From Flavobacteriales bacterium (GTDB lineage: Bacteria > Bacteroidota > Bacteroidia > Flavobacteriales_F > PHOS-HE28), in NCBI GenBank assembly GCA_044344815.1, contig JBIJCH010000001.1:1-32040 (forward strand): 32,040 bases of DNA, read 5' to 3'. Below, in pieces: positions 1 to 6,506 of this stretch. The position numbers were made by a program, and so were the translations under genes. Numbering within the stretch: position 1 is the first letter of the stretch; each line of letters starts with the position of its first letter. The notes under the pieces are model-generated. The model made no database searches and had not been told where the DNA came from. It saw only the letters and a list, made by a program, of their open reading frames with translations.

Positions 1-2835
1 GCCATCCTTGTGGCGGCCGTCCCATCCCTGCCGGGCATCGTTCGTCTCGAACACCAACTGGCCCCAGCGGTCGAAGATCATCAGCTGGTGCTCCTTCTCC
101 ACCATGTCCGCCAGGATGGGGAAGAATATCTCGTTCTTGCCATCACCATCGGGGGTGAACGCGTTGGGAACGAAGAGGCTCGGCACGATGATGGGAACGG
201 GCTGGCACAGGCTGTCGGCGCAGCCGTAGCGGTCCCAGACCTGCAGGCACACATCGTAGGTGCCGCCGTAGGCGTTCTGGAAGAAGTGGTATTCCTGCCG
301 CTGATCGCCGGTGCCCAGCCCATCGAAGTCCCAGGCGAAGACCGCGGCATACGGATCGGTGGCCGAGAAGAGGATGTTGCTGTCGTCCTCCACACCGGGG
401 TTGGGCGTCCACACGAACGAGGCCTGCGGCGGGGGCTCCACCAGCACCATGCCCGGGCGGGTCAACTGGTCCACACAGCCATCGGGGGTGGTGATCGTGA
501 GCGTCACGGTGTACAAGCCGGGTGCGGCGTAGGTGTGCGGCAGCGTCCCGCATGCGTTCACCAGCGCCGATCCATCGCCCAGGGACCAGCTGCAGCTGCC
601 GCCCAGGAACCCGGGGTCGGTGAGGTTGGTGAAGGTCACGTCAAGCGGCGCGCAGCCGCTGTCCGTATCCACGGTGAACAGCACGATCGGCAGCGGGTTC
701 ACATCCACCGCCACCACGGCGGTGTCGGTGAGGTGGTCGCATGCGCCGATGCCATAGGCCACGTACAGGTAGTCGCCGGAGAGCTCAAGGGCCGGGTTCA
801 GGATGCCGTTGTGCGCACCGCCCAAGGGGTCCAGCCAGCTCTGGTTCGGGTCGGCACCTGCGCCCAACAGCGGGAACAGCGGCGTCTGTAAGCCATCGGC
901 GCAGATGGAGAGGCTGTTATCGGCCCCGGCCTGCGGCAGCGGGTCCAACGCGATGGTGAGGAGCGCCGTGAGGGTGGGGCAGGGGGCCAGCGGGGAGGTG
1001 GTGTAGGTGTAGGCTCCCGCCGCGTCCGTCGCCGCATTGAAGATGCCACCGAAGGGTGCGCCGTTCGGGTCGGTCCAGGTGCCGGTGTTGTCAGGCGTAC
1101 CGTTCAGGGTGTCCAGCATGGAGAGGGGCGGAGCGTCAGGGCACAGGCTGATGCTGTTCGCCAGACCCGGGTCCATCGCCTGCTGGATGGTCACATCGAG
1201 GAAGGCCGTGTCGTTCCAGCAGGGCGCGGTGCCGGCCACCACGTAGCTGTAAGTGCCGCTGGGGTCCACCGCAGGGTCCAGGGTGCCGCCGAAGCTGGTG
1301 CCGTTGGGGTAGCTCCACGCACCGCCCGGCTGGGGCGTGCCGGCCAGGTTCAGGAACAGGGGGTCGGTGCCGTCGGAGGTGCAGTAGGCGAGCACCACGT
1401 CCTGGCCGGCGTCCGCTGCGGCCTGGGTGCTCACGGTCACCACGCCGGTGGCGGGGCACAGTCCGCCGGTGCCCACGGCGTACAGGTAAGCACCAATTGG
1501 ATCCGTGCCCGGTACGAAGGTGCCCGAATGCGGGTTGCCGTTGGGGTCGGTCCAGTCACCGCCCGGCACCGGGGCCCCTCCCAGCAGCGGGTACAGATCG
1601 AAGGGTGGCGCCGCATCGCACACGAGCGTATCGCCCGGCAGCATGGCAGCGGCCATCTGCACCCACACCACAAGGTTGTAGGTGGCGGTGAGCGGCGGCG
1701 TGCCGTTATCGGTGGCCTCGAAGGTCACCTGGTGGAAGCCCACGTCGGCGGGGGTGGGCGTGAACTGACCGACGATCTGCGCGGTGTTCCCCGGCACATT
1801 GGTGATCACCGTGTAATTGCTGAGCGTGGGCGCGAAGGAGGTGGCCGTGGTCGTCTGGCCCGGTTCGGGGCTCAGGAACTGCATGTCGAGCTGCGAGGTC
1901 ACGCCCACGCAGGCCACCAGGGTATCGCACAGGAACACACCGCTGCCGATGGGCGGGATGTTGGAGGTGGAGACCGAGGTGGTGAACACGAAGTTCTTGT
2001 TGTCCAGCCAGCTCACCCCGTCATTAAGTCCGAACGGACCGTCATACGCCGTGCCCGGCTGGTCCGTGCGGGTGAACTGGATGAAATCGATGCCGTTGCC
2101 GCGATTGGCGCCCACGGTGGCGGGCGTGCCGCCGAAGCCGTTCACCCCGCCCGAGGCCGAGCCGGTGGTCCACTGCATGTCCTGGTAGCAGAAGCTCACG
2201 TTCTTGCCGATCCCGATCACCGGGTCGGTGCCGTCGGTAAGGATCAGCTGGAAGGTGTTCAGCATGTTCGTCTGCATGCTGAAGTAGCCCACCCCGATCC
2301 AGTTGACGTAAACGGCGGTGGGCGTCACCTTGTACCATACCTGACCTGCGCCACGGGTGTCCACATCGGCCCAGAACGGGGCCACCATGGCATAGTTGGC
2401 GCTGGGGAAGGCGCTGGAGGAGAAGGTGCCCCAGGCCGACCCGAAGGAGACGTTGCCGTTGTTGTTTATGTACAGGGCGTTGTAGGGGTCGCCGTACAGG
2501 TTGAAGGTGAAGGGGAAGGGGATGACGCCGGTGGATTGGTCGTCGTTGGGCGGCATGGCCAGGGTGTAGGTCGCATCCGGTTGGATCCAGCAATCGCACA
2601 CGTTGCCACCGCCCCGAAGATTGCCCGGGGGCGTGAAGCCGCCCCCGCCCCGTGCAAGCCCCTTGGGCACTTCGGCCGGTGGAAGGCTGAACTGCGATGG
2701 CAGCAGCCCCCGCTCCTTCAGGCGTTGGTGATCCTTGAGCTCAACGGCCTGCGGGACCGATTGGGCGGTGGATGCCTGCGGAAGGGACACAAGCCCAAGC
2801 ACCAGCACAAGACCGGAGAGTGGCAGGCGGGTCAT
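1..2835 (-). CDS. Large secreted T9SS cargo/adhesin, 3'-truncated by the window edge. Signal peptide, NIDO-like domain, four Cys-bracketed repeats, two PKD-like domains, start of a type-B (gliding-motility/CHU_C-like) C-terminal domain
   Basis: Not in the ORF track because it runs off the window. Hand translation from ATG at 2835 gives an open frame of 945 codons to position 1: MTRLPLSGLVLVLGLVSLPQASTAQ (signal peptide). NIDO-like stretch: LYINNNGNVSFG...VAPFWADVDTRGAGQVWYK. PKD-like: CAPLDVTFTNLTD...HTYAAPGLYTVTLTITTPDGC. Ends VPNAFTPDGDGKNEIFFPI...FDRWGQLVFETNDARQGWDGRHKDG, a typical type-B CTD start. Third codon positions are almost all G/C. Confidence 0.85.
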   Translation of the reverse strand, partial: MTRLPLSGLVLVLGLVSLPQASTAQSVPQAVELKDHQRLKERGLLPSQFSLPPAEVPKGLARGGGGFTPPGNLRGGGNVCDCWIQPDATYTLAMPPNDDQSTGVIPFPFTFNLYGDPYNALYINNNGNVSFGSAWGTFSSSAFPSANYAMVAPFWADVDTRGAGQVWYKVTPTAVYVNWIGVGYFSMQTNMLNTFQLILTDGTDPVIGIGKNVSFCYQDMQWTTGSASGGVNGFGGTPATVGANRGNGIDFIQFTRTDQPGTAYDGPFGLNDGVSWLDNKNFVFTTSVSTSNIPPIGSGVFLCDTLVACVGVTSQLDMQFLSPEPGQTTTATSFAPTLSNYTVITNVPGNTAQIVGQFTPTPADVGFHQVTFEATDNGTPPLTATYNLVVWVQMAAAMLPGDTLVCDAAPPFDLYPLLGGAPVPGGDWTDPNGNPHSGTFVPGTDPIGAYLYAVGTGGLCPATGVVTVSTQAAADAGQDVVLAYCTSDGTDPLFLNLAGTPQPGGAWSYPNGTSFGGTLDPAVDPSGTYSYVVAGTAPCWNDTAFLDVTIQQAMDPGLANSISLCPDAPPLSMLDTLNGTPDNTGTWTDPNGAPFGGIFNAATDAAGAYTYTTSPLAPCPTLTALLTIALDPLPQAGADNSLSICADGLQTPLFPLLGAGADPNQSWLDPLGGAHNGILNPALELSGDYLYVAYGIGACDHLTDTAVVAVDVNPLPIVLFTVDTDSGCAPLDVTFTNLTDPGFLGGSCSWSLGDGSALVNACGTLPHTYAAPGLYTVTLTITTPDGCVDQLTRPGMVLVEPPPQASFVWTPNPGVEDDSNILFSATDPYAAVFAWDFDGLGTGDQRQEYHFFQNAYGGTYDVCLQVWDRYGCADSLCQPVPIIVPSLFVPNAFTPDGDGKNEIFFPILADMVEKEHQLMIFDRWGQLVFETNDARQGWDGRHKDG

Positions 2836-2846
2836 GGTGATGGGGT

Positions 2847-3911
2847 TCAGCGGAACAGGTGGATCGTCTGGCCTTTGCTGAAGGGCTGCCCGTTGGCATC
2901 AAGCCCTTCGATCGCATAAAAATAGTAACCCTGCGGACAAGGCTGCCCGGAAAGGTCCCGGCCGTCCCAACTGTGGAGGTCGTTGGCCGAGAAGACCAGG
3001 CGGCTGTCGAGCGAGTAGATGCGCACGCGCAGGTCGGTGAGCCCCTCGGCCACCACGCGCAGGTCGTCGTTCACGCCATCGCGCATGCCCGGGCTGAAGG
3101 CGTTCGGGATCCACACCACAGGCGCTGCGGCGGCCGCTACGACCACATCGGTCTCCTCCGCCTCCGGCAGCTGCGGTTCCTGTCCGGCCACCAGGCCGGC
3201 ATCGGGCAGGCTCTCGGTCTGGGCCACCACCGGGCTGCTGGCGGTCCGCTCGATGAGCTGCTCGATGATGCGGTTCACCCGCTCCTGGTCGGAATCGGTG
3301 GCCGTGGGCCGGTCATCGTTCGTTGCGGGCGCGGAGGTCTGGGGCGTGATGCCGGGTCCGGGCATGTCCGCGTTGTTGCTGGCCTGCGGTGCGCCGGTGG
3401 TATTGACCGCGCCGGCCGTCGGGCGTTCATCGGAGGGGCTGGTGGCGGGGATCGGCGGGGCGGCCACCGCGGATCCGGTGGCCGGAGCCATCACCGTGGC
3501 GTCGGGGGCGGGTACCTCGGCAGGGGCCGGGGCGGGGGCCTCCACCACGGCAGCGGCGGTCGGTGTCTGCAGATCCTGGCCGTTGCGCAGGGTCCAGAGC
3601 AGGGCGCCGCCCGTGATCACCGTGGCGGCGAGGCCGGCCGCGAGCCAGCCGCCCATGCCTGGGCCTGCTGCGGTGCCGGCGGCGGCGCCATGGCCCAGCT
3701 GGCCGCTGATGTTGCTCCACACGCCGGGGTCCACGTTCAGCTCGTGGTCCTTGAACCGGTCCTTCAACAGCTTGGAGAGGCCGTCGGTGGGGGGCATCGT
3801 GGCCAGCTGGCCGCTGATCGCCTGCCACACGCCGGGGTCCACGTCAAGCTCGTGGCCGGAGAAGCGCTCCTGGAGGAGGTCCTTGAGGTTATCCTTCGCT
3901 GCCATCACCAT
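2847..3911 (-). CDS. Single-pass membrane protein, putative anti-sigma factor, with duplicated N-terminal motif, Pro/Ala/Thr-rich linker and a T9SS type-B C-terminal domain
   Basis: 354-aa ORF overlapping the stop of the upstream ECF sigma gene by 23 nt. Tandem N-terminal motif LKDLLQERFSGHELDVDPGVWQAISGQL / SKLLKDRFKDHELNVDPGVWSNISGQL. TM segment WLAAGLAATVITGGALLW. C-terminus WIPNAFSPG..NDDL...IYSLDSRLVFSANDLHSWDGRDLSGQPCPQGYYFYAIEG...GQTIHLFR matches the gliding-motility CTD pattern. Confidence 0.75.
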   Translation of the reverse strand: MVMAAKDNLKDLLQERFSGHELDVDPGVWQAISGQLATMPPTDGLSKLLKDRFKDHELNVDPGVWSNISGQLGHGAAAGTAAGPGMGGWLAAGLAATVITGGALLWTLRNGQDLQTPTAAAVVEAPAPAPAEVPAPDATVMAPATGSAVAAPPIPATSPSDERPTAGAVNTTGAPQASNNADMPGPGITPQTSAPATNDDRPTATDSDQERVNRIIEQLIERTASSPVVAQTESLPDAGLVAGQEPQLPEAEETDVVVAAAAAPVVWIPNAFSPGMRDGVNDDLRVVAEGLTDLRVRIYSLDSRLVFSANDLHSWDGRDLSGQPCPQGYYFYAIEGLDANGQPFSKGQTIHLFR

Positions 3912-4473
3912 AGAGTTCGGCCGCTTCCTTGGGAAGCAGGCGGCGCAGGTAGGCCCGCGCCTTCATGAATTGTGATTTCGATGTGTTCTCGCTGATGCCC
4001 AGCATCTCCGCGATCTCCTTGTGGGCGTAGCCCTCGATCGCGAACAGGTTGAACACCGTTCGGTAGCCCGTGGGGAGGGCCTGGATCAGGGCCAGGATCT
4101 CCTCGGTGGTCATGCCGCTCAGCACATGCTCGTCCTCGGCGTGCAGGTGCTCCGCATCGCTCAGGTCCACGCTGTGGTCGTAGGGCTTGTTGCGGCGGAT
4201 GTGGTCCAGGGCGGTGTTCACCATGGTCCTGGCGATCCAGCCGCCCAGCGGGCCATCCCCGCGGAAGCGGTCCATCTTCTGGAACACCTTCACGAAGCCG
4301 TCCTGCAGGATGTCCTGGGCCTGTTCACGCCCGTTCGCATAGCGCATGCAGATGCTCATCATCTTCCGCGAGTACGCCTTGTACAGCGCCTTTTGCGCGA
4401 TCGGGTCCCCCTTCAGGCACCCGGCGACCAACTGCTCGTCCGTCATGGCGTACGGGGTGATGATGCGATCCAT
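3889..4473 (-). CDS. ECF-type RNA polymerase sigma-70 family factor
   Basis: 194 aa with region 2 (DILQDGFVKVFQKMDRFRGDGPLGGWIARTMVNTALDHIRR) and region 4 (LPTGYRTVFNLFAIEGYAHKEIAEMLGISENTSKSQFMKARAYLRRLL). An alternative start MTDEQL at 4446 cannot be excluded. Confidence 0.9.
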   Translation of the reverse strand: MDRIITPYAMTDEQLVAGCLKGDPIAQKALYKAYSRKMMSICMRYANGREQAQDILQDGFVKVFQKMDRFRGDGPLGGWIARTMVNTALDHIRRNKPYDHSVDLSDAEHLHAEDEHVLSGMTTEEILALIQALPTGYRTVFNLFAIEGYAHKEIAEMLGISENTSKSQFMKARAYLRRLLPKEAAELYGDGSEG

Positions 4474-4498
4474 GGCCGAAAGGTTGCCCGGAACCCCG

Positions 4499-4506
4499 TG
4501 AAATTA
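4499..4506 (-). promoter_or_regulatory. Candidate Bacteroidota -7 box (TAATTTCA on minus strand) for the ECF sigma operon, centred in a 27-nt imperfect palindrome (4490-4516)
   Basis: Lies 25 nt upstream of ATG 4473. Flanked by GGAACC...GGTTCC and CCGT...ACGG inverted arms. Confidence 0.35.
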
Positions 4507-4550
4507 CGGCGGTTCCGCAGGGCCTGGGGGGTGGGCACCCCGCCAATGGC

Positions 4551-4558
4551 TACCTTTG
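4551..4558 (+). promoter_or_regulatory. Candidate Bacteroidota -7 box TACCTTTG upstream of lepA
   Basis: Exact match to TAnnTTTG, 50 nt upstream of ATG 4609. Confidence 0.4.
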
Positions 4559-4608
4559 CCCGCTTTTACAGGGCTTAATCCTTGAGCCTCAGGCATTCCG
4601 CGACCGCC

Positions 4609-6396
4609 ATGGACAACATCCGCAACTTCTGCATCATCGCCCACATCGACCACGGTAAGAGCACCCTGGCCGACCGTCTGCTGCAGATGACCAACACCAT
4701 CGCCGACCGCGACATGCAAAACCAGGCATTGGACGACATGGACCTGGAGCGCGAGCGGGGGATCACCATCAAGAGCAAGGCGATCCAGATGGACTACACG
4801 TACCAGGGCAAGCCTTACAAGCTGAACCTGATCGACACCCCGGGACACGTCGACTTCAGCTACGAGGTGAGCCGCAGCATCGCCGCCTGCGAGGGCGCCC
4901 TGCTCATCGTGGACGCCACCCAGGGCATCCAGGCGCAGACCATCAGCAACCTGTACCTCGCCCTGGAGCATGACCTGGAGATCATCCCCATCCTCAACAA
5001 GATGGACCTCCCCTCGGCCAACCCCGAGGAGGTGAAGGACCAGATCGTGGACCTGCTGGGCTGCCGCCGCGAGGAGATCATGGCCGCCAGCGGCAAGACC
5101 GGCCTGGGCGTGGACAAGGTGCTGGAGGCCATCGTGGAGCGCATCCCCGCGCCCAAGGGCGACCCCAACGCGCCTCTGCAAGCGCTGATCTTCGACAGCG
5201 TCTTCAACAGCTTCCGCGGGATCATCGCCTACTTCCGCATCATGAACGGTTCGCTCCGCAAGGGCGACAAGGTGAAGTTCTTCAACACCGGGGTGGAGTA
5301 CAACGCCGACGAGGTGGGCGTGCTGAAGATGGACCTGCGCCCCAAGGACCAGCTGAGCGCGGGCGACGTGGGCTACATCATCAGCGGCATCAAGACCGCC
5401 AGCGAGGTGAAGGTGGGCGACACCATCACCCAGGTCGATCGGCCCTGCGCCGAGGCCATCAAGGGTTTCGAGGACGTGAAGCCCATGGTGTGGGCCGGCA
5501 TCTTCCCGGTGGACACTGACGAGTACGAGGAGCTGCGCGACGCCATGGAGAAGCTCAAGCTCAACGATGCGAGCCTCACCTGGACCCCTGAGAGCAGCGC
5601 CGCGCTGGGCTTCGGCTTCCGCTGCGGCTTCCTGGGCCTGCTGCACATGGAGATCATCCAGGAACGCCTGGAGCGCGAGTTCAACATGACGGTGATCACC
5701 ACCGTGCCCAACGTGGGCTACACCGTGACCAAGACCAATGGCGACGTGGTGGATGTGCACAACCCCAGCGAGCTGCCGGAGATCATGCACATCGAGCGCA
5801 TCGAAGAGCCGTACATCAAGGCGCAGATCATCACCAAGGCCGAGTACACCGGGGCCATCATGACGCTGTGCATCGAGAAGCGCGGCATCCTCATCGGACA
5901 GAACTACCTCACCACCGACCGCGTGGAGCTCAGCTTCGAACTGCCCCTGGGCGAGGTGGTGTTCGACTTCTTCGACAAGCTTAAGTCCATCAGCCGCGGC
6001 TACGCGAGCTTCGACTACCACCCCATCGGCTTCAAGGAGAGCGACCTCATCAAGCTCGACATCCTGCTGAACGGTGACAAGGTCGACGCGCTCAGCGCCC
6101 TCATCCACCGCGACCACGCGCACGAGCTGGGCAAGAAGATGTGCAGCAAGCTGAAGGAGCTGCTGCCGCGCCAGCAGTTCGACATCCCCATCCAGGCCGC
6201 CATCGGTGCCAAGATCGTGGCCCGCGAAACGGTGAAGGCCCTGCGCAAGGACGTGACCGCCAAGTGCTACGGCGGCGACATCAGCCGCAAGCGCAAGCTG
6301 CTGGAGAAGCAGAAGGAGGGGAAGAAGCGCATGCGTCAGGTGGGCAGCGTGGAGATCCCGCAGCAGGCCTTCCTGGCGGTGTTGAAGTTGGACTAG
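4609..6396 (+). CDS. lepA: Translation elongation factor 4 (LepA/EF4)
   Basis: [25 protein letters not shown]..., [14 protein letters not shown]-terminal [23 protein letters not shown]. The ORF track starts at TTG 4582, but the canonical LepA N-terminus begins at ATG 4609 (595 aa). Confidence 0.97.
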   Translation: MDNIRNFCIIAHIDHGKSTLADRLLQMTNTIADRDMQNQALDDMDLERERGITIKSKAIQMDYTYQGKPYKLNLIDTPGHVDFSYEVSRSIAACEGALLIVDATQGIQAQTISNLYLALEHDLEIIPILNKMDLPSANPEEVKDQIVDLLGCRREEIMAASGKTGLGVDKVLEAIVERIPAPKGDPNAPLQALIFDSVFNSFRGIIAYFRIMNGSLRKGDKVKFFNTGVEYNADEVGVLKMDLRPKDQLSAGDVGYIISGIKTASEVKVGDTITQVDRPCAEAIKGFEDVKPMVWAGIFPVDTDEYEELRDAMEKLKLNDASLTWTPESSAALGFGFRCGFLGLLHMEIIQERLEREFNMTVITTVPNVGYTVTKTNGDVVDVHNPSELPEIMHIERIEEPYIKAQIITKAEYTGAIMTLCIEKRGILIGQNYLTTDRVELSFELPLGEVVFDFFDKLKSISRGYASFDYHPIGFKESDLIKLDILLNGDKVDALSALIHRDHAHELGKKMCSKLKELLPRQQFDIPIQAAIGAKIVARETVKALRKDVTAKCYGGDISRKRKLLEKQKEGKKRMRQVGSVEIPQQAFLAVLKLD

Positions 6397-6398
6397 GG
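6324..6398 (+). repeat. Copy 1 of a perfect 75-bp direct repeat (last 23 codons plus stop of lepA and 3 nt beyond)
   Basis: GAAGCGCATGCGTCAGGTGGGCAGCGTGGAGATCCCGCAGCAGGCCTTCCTGGCGGTGTTGAAGTTGGACTAGGG, identical to 6432-6506. Confidence 0.95.
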
Positions 6399-6431
6399 AA
6401 CTCGCCTTCGCTGAAGCTACGGCGAGCAAGG

Positions 6432-6506
6432 GAAGCGCATGCGTCAGGTGGGCAGCGTGGAGATCCCGCAGCAGGCCTTCCTGGCGGTGTTGAAGTTGGA
6501 CTAGGG
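6432..6506 (+). repeat. Copy 2 of the perfect 75-bp direct repeat (duplicated lepA 3' end), 108 nt downstream of copy 1
   Basis: 75/75 identity by direct comparison. The 33-nt spacer (6399-6431) carries a CTCGCC...GGCGAG hairpin. The stop codon of the convergent gene (6501-6503) lies inside this copy. Confidence 0.95.

Noticed and set aside
6439-6504. A 21-aa mini-ORF ([21 protein letters not shown]) inside the second repeat copy as a real gene
   Set aside because: It is simply the duplicated tail of LepA starting at an internal Met. There is no independent promoter or coding evidence.
6324-6506. The 75-bp repeat pair as a CRISPR array, or as att sites or terminal repeats of a mobile element
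   Set aside because: There are only two copies, separated by a 33-nt spacer. No cas genes, integrase, transposase or cargo lie between or beside them. It fits better as a local 108-nt tandem duplication or an assembly issue, and is reported as a finding instead.
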